Below, one piece after another: positions 8,452 to 15,514 of a stretch of DNA of 24,297 nt (positions within the stretch are counted from its first letter, which is position 1; each line of letters starts with the position of its first letter). A program made the position numbers and the translations under genes. This DNA is from Clostridiales bacterium UBA1774. Its GTDB lineage: Bacteria; Bacillota; Clostridia; Oscillospirales; Oscillospiraceae. The notes beneath the pieces were generated by a model, which saw nothing but the letters and a program-made list of their open reading frames with translations, was not told where the DNA came from and made no database searches. The stretch covers positions 149 through 24,445 of the forward strand of contig DCGQ01000041.1 of the NCBI GenBank assembly GCA_002314635.1, read 5' to 3'.

Positions 8452-8832
8452 TCACAGCTCCTTCTTTTTCAGAGTATCCGTTTCCTTAATTTTCACACCA
8501 CAGTGGCGGCATTTTTTCGCCGCCTGATACGGTGTCAGGCTGATCAGTCCGCCGCACTTGGGGCAGCGGTAGCTTCGGATGAAGCAGAATATGCTGACCA
8601 TAAGAATCACGCATCCGAAGGCCATCAGCGCCCGGGGCAGGCTGACGGTTCCGCCGATCAGCAGCTTCCAGTCTTTTTCCGCATAATACGGAGCGATCTT
8701 TGGCATGAGCGCTCCCACCAGCAGGAAGGTCAGACCCGCAGTCTGCATCCGAATCACGATACTGCGGAGCGCACGAACGGTATTCAGTTCCTGCTGGGGC
8801 ATATTTCTCATCTTCGGCGGCACCTTTTTCAT
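8452..8832 (-). CDS. Small membrane protein with C-terminal zinc ribbon (CPKCG...CRHCG), function unknown
   Basis: Start moved to the internal ATG (MKKVPPKM...), preceded by AAGGAG with a 7-nt spacer. The 8895 ATG has none. Two predicted TM helices. The stop is 4 nt before the NfeD start. Confidence 0.55.
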   Translation of the reverse strand: MKKVPPKMRNMPQQELNTVRALRSIVIRMQTAGLTFLLVGALMPKIAPYYAEKDWKLLIGGTVSLPRALMAFGCVILMVSIFCFIRSYRCPKCGGLISLTPYQAAKKCRHCGVKIKETDTLKKKEL

Positions 8833-8891
8833 GGCAATGCTCCTTACCTGTTTTTTTCTATTGTAATCGGGCTTTGCCTGATTTACCAGTG

Positions 8892-10283
8892 TCAAATGTC
8901 ACTTTCCTGCAAAGTTTCCGCAGGTGCGGGGTTCGCTTTGCTGCCTGCCCAGCCGGGCAGTTCCATACCTGCCATCTGGAACATTTCGTTCAGCGGCGGA
9001 ATGCTCTTCATCAGGCCGGAAATGTACCCGGCGGTGGCATTCTTTCCGTCCTTTCCTTCGCCGGAATCCCAGACCGTGACCTTGTCGATCTTCACATTCT
9101 TCACGGCCTCTACCTGAATCCGGATCAGATCTTCCATTTTATCCGTCAGCATCAGCTTTGCGGCGGCATTGGCGTCTCCGCCGGCAGCTTCTACGATGGC
9201 ACGCAGACCTTCGGCCTGCTTCATCAGGATTTCCTTCTGGCCTTCGGCTTCCGCGATCATTCTGGCGCGGATTGCGTCTGCTTCACCGGCAGCGCGGCGG
9301 CGAATCTGCTCTGCCTCGGCTTCCGCTTCCAGCTCTGCCTTCCGCTTCAGGATCTCAGTGGATACGATGACGTCTGCTTCCTGCGTGGCCTTTTCTCGGG
9401 CGGCACGAGCCGCTTCTGCCTGCTGCTCCGCCACATAGGCTTCTTCCATGGCCTTGGCCGCCTGAATCTTCTCAGCCGCGGTTGCAAGACGCAGAGCCTC
9501 GGCTTCCTTCTCACGGCGCTGGGCTTCGGACATGGCCACCTGCACCTTGGCAGCATTTTCGCCCTGAATAGCCAGAGCATTTGCTTCCGAAACCTGCACA
9601 CGCTGATCTCTGTCCGCATTGGCCACGCCGATGGAACCGTCTCTGTCCTTTTCGGCCACGGTCTTTTTCGCATCGTTGATGGCCTTGGCTGCTGCTTCCT
9701 TACCCAGAGCCTCAATGTACCCGCTTTCATCGCTGATATCCGTGACATTCACGTTGATCAGGCGCAGACCGATTTTTTTCAGCTCCGTCTCCACATTGCG
9801 GCTGACCGCATCCAGAAACTTATCGCGGTCCGCGTTGATCTCCTCAATGTCCATGGTGGCAATCACCAGACGAAGCTGACCGAAGATGATATCCTTCGCC
9901 AGTTCCTGAATCTGCGGCAGCTTCAGACCCAGCAGACGCTCGGCAGCATTCTGCATCACACCGTTTTCCGTGGAGATGCCCACGGTGAAGGTGCTGGGTA
10001 CATTAATTCGGATATTCTGGCGGCTCAGCGCGTTCTGCAGATCCACGGAAATGCTGATGGGGGTCAGATCCAGATACTCCGCAGCCTGCACCACCGGCCA
10101 CACAAAGGCCGCGCCGCCATGAATACATTTGCTGGAACGAACCGTACCGTCCCGGTTGCTGCCCACATTACCGTAGACCACCATGACCTTGTCCGAAGGG
10201 CACTTTTTGTACCGTTTCAGAACCGCGGCCATCAGGCCGAAGGCGGCTACCACGATCACAGCAATCAAAATGAGTGTTTCCAT
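8892..10283 (-). CDS. floT: FloT-like flotillin (SPFH/band-7 with a long Ala/Glu-rich coiled coil)
   Basis: N-terminal TM, then an SPFH domain (VYGNVG...ISVDLQNALSRQNIRINVPSTFTVGI...). An EA-repeat coiled coil and a C-terminal flotillin tail follow, as in B. subtilis FloT/YuaG. I prefer the start at the second ATG (METLIL...), with AGGAGG 6 nt upstream. Confidence 0.85.
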   Translation of the reverse strand: METLILIAVIVVAAFGLMAAVLKRYKKCPSDKVMVVYGNVGSNRDGTVRSSKCIHGGAAFVWPVVQAAEYLDLTPISISVDLQNALSRQNIRINVPSTFTVGISTENGVMQNAAERLLGLKLPQIQELAKDIIFGQLRLVIATMDIEEINADRDKFLDAVSRNVETELKKIGLRLINVNVTDISDESGYIEALGKEAAAKAINDAKKTVAEKDRDGSIGVANADRDQRVQVSEANALAIQGENAAKVQVAMSEAQRREKEAEALRLATAAEKIQAAKAMEEAYVAEQQAEAARAAREKATQEADVIVSTEILKRKAELEAEAEAEQIRRRAAGEADAIRARMIAEAEGQKEILMKQAEGLRAIVEAAGGDANAAAKLMLTDKMEDLIRIQVEAVKNVKIDKVTVWDSGEGKDGKNATAGYISGLMKSIPPLNEMFQMAGMELPGWAGSKANPAPAETLQESDI

Positions 10284-10285
10284 TT

Positions 10286-10975
10286 TCATCCTCCTCTTTC
10301 TGTCTTTTTCATGACAATCAGTTCACCCTCCCGGGAAACGCCGATCACGGTCACCGGTGTTCCGGTGGGAATGGGTTCTTCTCCATCGGTTACGGCATTG
10401 CACTCTGTCAGGCTGCCCTGAATGACCACATTGACCTTACCTCTGCCCTGCCGTTTTTCCGGGATTCGCAGGTAAGCTTCTCCGGTCAGTCCCACCGCAT
10501 TCAGCGGGTCAACGGTCCCGTCCGCCTGCAGCCGCAGGAACAGCCGCATGACCACCGCAGTACCCACCAGAGCGGCAGTACCCAGCAGCAGGCCGGTCAG
10601 AATTGCGGCAATCCACGGATGCCCTGCCCGGGACACTGCCAGCGCTGCCCAGCCGTATACGGCGAAAAAATTGATGATACCCCGCAGCGTAAACAGATGC
10701 AGCGACAGGCTGTCGCCTCCGTCTCCCCCGGTATGGACATCGTGATCCGGTACTCCATCTCCGTCCGCATCCGGAAAGTCGGGAATACCATCTCCATCCA
10801 GATCAGGGCCGTCCGGGATTCCGTCCCCGTCAGTATCCAGATCCCCATCTCCGTCATGGTCGCCCAGACCCAGCAGGCTCATGACAAGCTGAATCACCAT
10901 CAGCAGGGTTGCCGGTATCGCGATACATGCATAGATACGTTCCAGCGCTGTCAAGGACAGCCACCAGTGATTCAT
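10286..10975 (-). CDS. NfeD-like (YuaF-like) membrane protein with an inserted Asp-rich Ca-binding-type repeat tract
   Basis: TM helices, then a C-terminal OB-fold (GLTGEAYLRIPEKRQGRGKVNVVIQGSLTECNAVTDGEEPIPTGTPVTVIGVSREGELIVMK). A DTDGDGIPDGPDLDGDGIPDFPDADGDGVPD tract lies between them. The stop overlaps the floT start region. GAGGGGAGAGAGG lies upstream of the ATG. Confidence 0.7.
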   Translation of the reverse strand: MNHWWLSLTALERIYACIAIPATLLMVIQLVMSLLGLGDHDGDGDLDTDGDGIPDGPDLDGDGIPDFPDADGDGVPDHDVHTGGDGGDSLSLHLFTLRGIINFFAVYGWAALAVSRAGHPWIAAILTGLLLGTAALVGTAVVMRLFLRLQADGTVDPLNAVGLTGEAYLRIPEKRQGRGKVNVVIQGSLTECNAVTDGEEPIPTGTPVTVIGVSREGELIVMKKTERGG

Positions 10976-10993
10976 ATGCGCCTCTCTCCCCTC

Positions 10994-11542
10994 TTACGCT
11001 TCATCCAGTGCGCCGATCAGTTCCTCTGCCCGCTGCTTCTGTTCTGCGGCCCGATATGCAGTCACCATGATTTCCAGCACCTGCCCCAACCGCTGCCCCG
11101 CTCCGGGAAACGGCTCCGCATATTCCTCCAGACAATGCCGGATCTTCGCTGCCGTCTGCGCTTCCGGGGCAGAAATACAGTCGATGAGCCACATATACAG
11201 CCGGGTATCATCCACCGTATCATCGCTCTCATCATCCAGATGCCCGTTTACATAGCTGAGCAGACGGCAGATGCGCTCCAGCGACAGGACGCTCCGCAGC
11301 ATGTTAATGGTCAAAATCCGGCTCAGCTGCCGACGGCTGTACCGCTTGTTCTCCGGCGGCGGCAGATACCCCCTTGCTACCCAGTTCTGAATCACATGGC
11401 TCTCCAGACCCGAAATATTGGAAACCTGACTCAGCATCAGATTCCCCCCGGCGAAAAGCGCTCCAAGCAGCGTCTCCGCCGCCTGTGGATAACCTGCGTC
11501 ATACCCCAAAACGCTGCCGGGCAATACCTTCTGCAATCCCAT
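10994..11542 (-). CDS. DUF1836-family protein (predicted HTH DNA-binding), first gene of the flotillin cluster
   Basis: LSQVSNISGLESHVIQNWVARGYLPPPENKRYSRRQLSRILTINMLRSVLSLERI matches the conserved DUF1836 core as I recall it (IQNYVKRGLLPPP.KK.YS..QL..L..I..L). The start is uncertain (ATG 11542, GTG 11545, or an internal ATG). Confidence 0.6.
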   Translation of the reverse strand: MGLQKVLPGSVLGYDAGYPQAAETLLGALFAGGNLMLSQVSNISGLESHVIQNWVARGYLPPPENKRYSRRQLSRILTINMLRSVLSLERICRLLSYVNGHLDDESDDTVDDTRLYMWLIDCISAPEAQTAAKIRHCLEEYAEPFPGAGQRLGQVLEIMVTAYRAAEQKQRAEELIGALDEA

Positions 11543-11561
11543 CACCTTCTATCTCGTCCGA

Positions 11562-11600
11562 GATTATCACATAATCACGTGATTGTCAACACAAATCTTG
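11562..11600 (-). promoter_or_regulatory. Promoter with an embedded 12-bp perfect palindrome AATCACGTGATT (11573-11584) upstream of the DUF1836 gene
   Basis: Minus strand reads TTGACAATCACGTGATTATGTGATAATCT. A -35 TTGACA is followed 15-17 nt later by a -10-like TGTGATAAT/TAATCT. The palindrome sits in the spacer, with additional ATCAC/GTGAT half-sites on either side. Confidence 0.45.
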
Positions 11601-11619
11601 TGATTCTCATTAATTGGTA

Positions 11620-11649
11620 GAAGCGGAGCGCCCGCAGACGCTCCGCTTC
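11620..11649 (-). terminator. Strong GC hairpin (GAAGCGGAGCG-cccgcaga-CGCTCCGCTTC) after the AKR-ferredoxin gene, no clear U-tract
   Basis: Perfect 11-bp stem 6 nt past the stop at 11656. Flanks are not T-rich on either strand, so it may be a weak terminator or an RNA-stability element. Confidence 0.4.
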
Positions 11650-11655
11650 GCTGCA

Positions 11656-12768
11656 TTATTCGTATGCCTGTGCGATTTCCTTCAGCTTATCCATAATCTG
11701 AATATGCTGGGGGCAGGCGGCTTCACACTGGCCGCAGGCTGCGCACTGGGAAGCCTTTGCTTTCCCGCCAGTGAACATATTGTAGTGGTTCTTCGCTCCC
11801 ACCGCATCCCCGTATACCAGTTCCTTATTTCGCGCCGAGAAAATGTCCGGAATCGGCATGGATACCGGGCATCCTTTGGTGCAGTAGCTGCATCCGGTGC
11901 AGGGAATGTTGGGACGGCGTTTCAGCTCTGTCAGCACCTCCGCAATGACTGCGTATTCCTTTTCATTCAGAGGCTTAAAATTCTTCATGGATGCAATGTT
12001 CTGCTCCATCTGCTCCAGCGTGGACATACCGCTGAGCACGGTGATAACACCGTCCAGAGAAGCGGCAAAACGCAGCGCGGAGGCCACCGGATCCATACCT
12101 GCATCGTGGAACGGCTTCTGCACGGATTCCGGCAGGTTGGCAAGGCTGCCGCCCTTCACCGGCTCCATAATGACCACGCTCTTGCCATGCTTCCGCACGA
12201 CCTCATAGCACTTGCGGGACTGCACACCGGCGTCCTCCCAGTCGGTATAATTGATCTGCAGCTGTACAAATTCCATATCCGGATGTTTGGTCAGCAGTTC
12301 GTCCAGCAGCTCCGGACCGTCATGGAAGGAGAAGCCCAGATGCCGGATCAGCCCTTCGTCACGGCGGGCACGCAGGAAATCCCAAATTCCGTAGTCATCG
12401 AAGAATTTCAAACGAGGTGCTCCAATGTTGTGCAGCAGATAAAAATCAAAATAACCCACGCCGGTCCGTTCCAGACTGGTCCAGAACATCTGTTTCGCTT
12501 CCTCCGCAGTTTTCGGGCCGGCCCACGCAGGCAGCTTGGTGGCCAGATAAAAGCTGTCCCGGGGATAACGATCCACCAGCGCAGCCTTGGCCGCAGCTTC
12601 ACTCTTTCCGCCCAGATACCCGAAAGCCGTGTCGAAATAGCGGAATCCGGCAGCCAGAAAACGATCGGTCATGGTCTTGACCTGTTCAATGTCCACGCTA
12701 TCTCCCAGCATGGGCAGCCGCATCAGGCCGAAACCCAGCTTCGGAATATTTTCACCCAGATATGACAT
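11656..12768 (-). CDS. Aldo/keto reductase fused to a C-terminal 2x[4Fe-4S] ferredoxin domain (COG1453-type Fe-S oxidoreductase)
   Basis: N-terminus LGFGLMRLP...FDTAFGYLGGKSE is the AKR signature. The C-terminus carries CTGCSYCTKGCP and CAACGQCEAACP cysteine clusters. GGGAGGA lies 6 nt before the ATG. Confidence 0.8.
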   Translation of the reverse strand: MSYLGENIPKLGFGLMRLPMLGDSVDIEQVKTMTDRFLAAGFRYFDTAFGYLGGKSEAAAKAALVDRYPRDSFYLATKLPAWAGPKTAEEAKQMFWTSLERTGVGYFDFYLLHNIGAPRLKFFDDYGIWDFLRARRDEGLIRHLGFSFHDGPELLDELLTKHPDMEFVQLQINYTDWEDAGVQSRKCYEVVRKHGKSVVIMEPVKGGSLANLPESVQKPFHDAGMDPVASALRFAASLDGVITVLSGMSTLEQMEQNIASMKNFKPLNEKEYAVIAEVLTELKRRPNIPCTGCSYCTKGCPVSMPIPDIFSARNKELVYGDAVGAKNHYNMFTGGKAKASQCAACGQCEAACPQHIQIMDKLKEIAQAYE

Positions 12769-12797
12769 ACGGAATCCTCCCTGTAATTTGATACCTG

Positions 12798-12826
12798 ATT
12801 ATATCGGTTTCCCGAATCAAATACAA
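12798..12826 (-). promoter_or_regulatory. Sigma-70 promoter for the AKR-ferredoxin gene (-35 TTGTAT, 17-nt spacer, -10 TATAAT on - strand)
   Basis: Minus strand reads TTGTATttgattcgggaaaccgaTATAAT, with the -10 complement at 12798-12803. Confidence 0.5.
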
Positions 12827-12840
12827 GAAGATAATACAAA

Positions 12841-12877
12841 ACCCGCAGGCGCTTGCGCGTCCGCGGGCAGCGGATTT
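12841..12877 (-). terminator. GC-rich imperfect hairpin after nagB (CCCGCAGGCGC...GCGTCCGCGGG) flanked by T-runs
   Basis: Imperfect inverted repeat followed by TTTTGTATTATC on the - strand and GGATTTTTAC on the + strand. Confidence 0.35.
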
Positions 12878-13591
12878 TTACAGCATGGAGGCAGCTTCGT
12901 AATCCAGATAAATCTCCACAAAGGGATGAAGCTGCAGGATGGAGGCGGGCACCTCAGGAGTCACAGGGCCAGTGAAGGACTTCTTCACGATATCGGCCTT
13001 GCCCTTGCCCAGCGCCATCAGCATGATGCTGCGGGCATTCATCACGGTCTTGATACCCATGGTAACCGCCTGCGTGGGTACTTCGTCCAGAGACGCAAAG
13101 AACCGGGCATTGGCCTTGCGGGTCATCTCAGTCAGATCTACCAGATGGGTGATGCTGTCGATGGGCGTTCCCGGCTCGTTGAAGCCGATATGTCCGTTGT
13201 TGCCGATACCCAGAAGCTGCAGCTCAATGCCGCCCGCCTCTTTGATCTGACGGTCATAGTCCGCAGCAGCCGCAATATCCAGACCGCTGGGCACATGGGT
13301 GCGGCTGCGATCGATATCCACGCCCATGAACAGGTTGTGATCCATAAAATAACGGTAGCTCTGATCATGGCTGCCATCCAAACCGGCGTATTCATCCAGG
13401 TTGAAGGTTGTCACGTCCTTGAAGGACAGAGCCCCGGCTGCATTCAGCCGCTGCAGCTCCGCATACAGGCCAAGGGGAGTGGAACCGGTGGCAAAACCCA
13501 GAACGGTATCGGGCTTGCGGTTCAGAATCTCCACATAACGCTGTGCGGCTTTTTTCGCAATGTTTTCTTCGGTATCAATGATAAATTTCAT
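12878..13591 (-). CDS. nagB: Glucosamine-6-phosphate deaminase
   Basis: Full-length match to the NagB family (GFATGSTPLGLY...NLDEY...LLGIGNNGHIGFNEPG...). AAGGAAGG lies 7 nt before the ATG. Confidence 0.9.
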   Translation of the reverse strand: MKFIIDTEENIAKKAAQRYVEILNRKPDTVLGFATGSTPLGLYAELQRLNAAGALSFKDVTTFNLDEYAGLDGSHDQSYRYFMDHNLFMGVDIDRSRTHVPSGLDIAAAADYDRQIKEAGGIELQLLGIGNNGHIGFNEPGTPIDSITHLVDLTEMTRKANARFFASLDEVPTQAVTMGIKTVMNARSIMLMALGKGKADIVKKSFTGPVTPEVPASILQLHPFVEIYLDYEAASML

Positions 13592-13638
13592 CGTTTTGCC
13601 TTCCTTATTTCAGTATGGTGGTTCAAAACACGGGGTTC

Positions 13639-13667
13639 ATTATACGAACGGTACCCCATTCTGTCAA
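13639..13667 (-). promoter_or_regulatory. Consensus sigma-70 promoter for nagB (TTGACA, 17-nt spacer, TATAAT on - strand)
   Basis: Minus strand reads TTGACAgaatggggtaccgttcgTATAAT. Both hexamers are perfect consensus. Confidence 0.55.
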
Positions 13668-13705
13668 GTCTGCATTTTACACAAAAAGGAATTTCCTTCC
13701 GCCCC

Positions 13706-13734
13706 TTGCGTGTATCTGCATTGCGTGTTACAAT
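13706..13734 (+). promoter_or_regulatory. Sigma-70 promoter for the URO-D-family/cvpA operon (TTGCGT, 17-nt spacer, TACAAT)
   Basis: TTGCGT at 13706-13711 and TACAAT at 13729-13734. GAGGTG lies 5 nt before the ATG at 13776. Confidence 0.5.
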
Positions 13735-13775
13735 AGGACAAAAATTAGAAATTACATATCTGATGAGGTGTCAAC

Positions 13776-14753
13776 ATGCTTTCCAACAAAGAAAACTATC
13801 TGCGCGTACTGCATCGGGAAATCCCCGAAGCTATTCCCCGTGCCATGTACTCCTGGGTCAAGCCTGCCTGCCTGTATGAGCACCGGAATCCGGACGGCAG
13901 CGGTTTTGACTATTTTGGTGTGGAATATGTCACCAGCAAGGAATCCGGCTTTGCCTCCGGTTTCATTCCCAAGCCGGGTAAGTTCATGATCACCGATATC
14001 ACCAAATGGCGCGACATTGTCAAAATTCCCGATTTCAGTCATGTAGACTGGGAGAAGATGGCCGCTGACGATCTGAAACAGTTCGATCGTTCCAAGACGC
14101 TGATCATGCCCGACGCTGTCACCGGTTTCTTCCAGGGCCTGATCAACTTCATGGGCTTCACCGAAGGCCTTCTCGCCTGCTATGAAGAGCCGGAAGAAGT
14201 CAAGGCCATGATGGAAGCCATCTGCGATTATCAGATCGGTGTTGCCAAGAACATCATTCAATATTACAAGCCCGACTGCCTCTGGCTGCCTGACGATATC
14301 TGCACGGCCCGTGCCCCCTTCGTCAGCAAAGAGACCTTCGAGGAACTTTTCATGCCCTATTGGAAGCGCTATGTTGCCGTGTACACAGAAGCGGGCATTC
14401 CCTCTCAGCTTCATTGCTGCGGCGCTGCCGATATTCTGGTGGATGATTTTGTGGAATGCGATTTTGCCTCCTGGGAAGCCCAGCCGCAGAACGATTTCCG
14501 CGGTCTGAAAGCTCGTCACGGTAATCGCATGGCCATTATCGGCGGTTTCGACACCGGCCGTTTGATGGATCCTTCCGTCAGCGAAGAAGAAGTCCGGGAA
14601 ACCACCCGCAGCTTCCTGACCGATCTGGCGCCCGGCGGCGGTCTTGCATGGTTCGGCGCTTTCGTATTCGGCGATCCCGAATCTGAGCGGAATAAGCGCG
14701 CCCGCTGGATCAACGAGGAATTTGAAGCGCTGAAATCCAAGTTCTACGCCTGA
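13776..14753 (+). CDS. Uroporphyrinogen decarboxylase (URO-D) family protein, MtaA/CmuA-like methyltransferase fold
   Basis: About 325 aa. The N-terminus NYLRVLHREIPEAIPRAM resembles the ...N.LRAL.GE.PD.VP opening of URO-D/MtaA-like proteins. The size is typical of the corrinoid:substrate methyltransferase subfamily. Assignment is by recall only. Confidence 0.55.
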   Translation: MLSNKENYLRVLHREIPEAIPRAMYSWVKPACLYEHRNPDGSGFDYFGVEYVTSKESGFASGFIPKPGKFMITDITKWRDIVKIPDFSHVDWEKMAADDLKQFDRSKTLIMPDAVTGFFQGLINFMGFTEGLLACYEEPEEVKAMMEAICDYQIGVAKNIIQYYKPDCLWLPDDICTARAPFVSKETFEELFMPYWKRYVAVYTEAGIPSQLHCCGAADILVDDFVECDFASWEAQPQNDFRGLKARHGNRMAIIGGFDTGRLMDPSVSEEEVRETTRSFLTDLAPGGGLAWFGAFVFGDPESERNKRARWINEEFEALKSKFYA

Positions 14754-14776
14754 TCGCGGCGGGAGGCAAGTATTCC

Positions 14777-15469
14777 ATGTCTTTTGATTTTCATTCTCTG
14801 CTTCCGGATATTATAATTGCAGTCGTTCTGCTGCTGTATATTCTGGTTGGCCGCAGTCAGGGCGTTGTCCGGAAAATCAGCGGTTTGGTTTCTTTGGTTC
14901 TGGCTGTGCTGGGCGGCAAAATCGCCCAAAAAAGTCTTTCTCCTCTCGTTTCCGAGCGCTGGCTGCGTTCCGTCGTCGGCGACCTTTTGGAACACGCCAG
15001 AGCCAGCATCGGTGCGGAGGACATGGTTGACCGGCTGGGAGATATCCTTGCCGAGAGCAAACTGCCTGATTTTTTGAAAACCGGCGTTCTGGACAAGGTT
15101 ACGGAGAAACTGAGCAGCACGCTGGACTCCGTAGTGGGTGAAGCAACGGTTGTCATTGCTGACCGGCTCAGCCAGTGGCTGGTCTTTATCGCCGCTGCAC
15201 TGATTATCTACATCGTGGTCAAGCTGCTGTTCAATGTGCTGCTGGAGCCGATCATCGACGGAATCGGCCCGCTCAAGGCCTGCAACCACCTGCTGGGCGC
15301 AGTTCTCGGTGGTCTGACCGGTCTTGTGGTCATCGGCATCGTGCTGCTGCTGGTTTACAAGCTGTTCCCTGCCCTTTCCGCGGAAAATGGTCTGCTCAGC
15401 TCTGCGCTGGTGGAAAAATCTTTCCTGACGAAATTCTACTTCCACGCTTTCCCCAAGCTGTTCTGTTGA
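14777..15469 (+). CDS. cvpA: CvpA-family membrane protein
   Basis: Four predicted TM segments, about 230 aa, architecture typical of CvpA. GGGAGG lies upstream of the ATG. There is a 23-bp gap from the upstream gene. Confidence 0.6.
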   Translation: MSFDFHSLLPDIIIAVVLLLYILVGRSQGVVRKISGLVSLVLAVLGGKIAQKSLSPLVSERWLRSVVGDLLEHARASIGAEDMVDRLGDILAESKLPDFLKTGVLDKVTEKLSSTLDSVVGEATVVIADRLSQWLVFIAAALIIYIVVKLLFNVLLEPIIDGIGPLKACNHLLGAVLGGLTGLVVIGIVLLLVYKLFPALSAENGLLSSALVEKSFLTKFYFHAFPKLFC

Positions 15470-15472
15470 ATG

Positions 15473-15514
15473 AAATCGCCCCTGTCCTTTCGGACAGAGG
15501 CGATTTCTTTATTC
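15473..15514 (+). terminator. Bidirectional terminator shared by cvpA (+) and the convergent glycosidase-like operon (-)
   Basis: AAATCGCCCCTGTCC-tttcg-GGACAGAGGCGATTT, a 15-bp stem with one mismatch, followed by CTTTATT. The stop of the - strand gene lies in the T-run. Confidence 0.55.

Noticed and set aside
8833-8891. Independent promoter between floT and the Zn-ribbon gene (TGGTAA, 17-nt spacer, TACAAT on - strand)
   Set aside because: The -10 is reasonable but the -35 is poor and no terminator follows floT. Read-through from the upstream operon is at least as likely, so I have not listed it as a feature.
9160-9760. Highly repetitive GC-rich region (gcc/gcg/gaa-rich) in floT
   Set aside because: This is the Ala/Glu-rich coiled-coil segment typical of FloT-type flotillins, in frame and part of the protein, not a non-coding repeat.
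10690-10870. Tandem DNA repeat possibly indicating CRISPR or a mobile element
   Set aside because: The repeat units are 9-12 bp codon-level repeats (GAT/GGN/GAT...) inside an intact reading frame. They encode the DGDGIPD protein repeats and are not spacer-separated direct repeats.
7004-11620. Long + strand ORFs (7004..7930, 7975..9117, 8874..10421, 10274..11620) across the flotillin cluster
   Set aside because: They are antisense to the floA, nfeD, floT and DUF1836 genes, which have strong homology and coupled SDs. The products are compositionally skewed (His, Arg, Gln, Gly) with no recognisable motifs.
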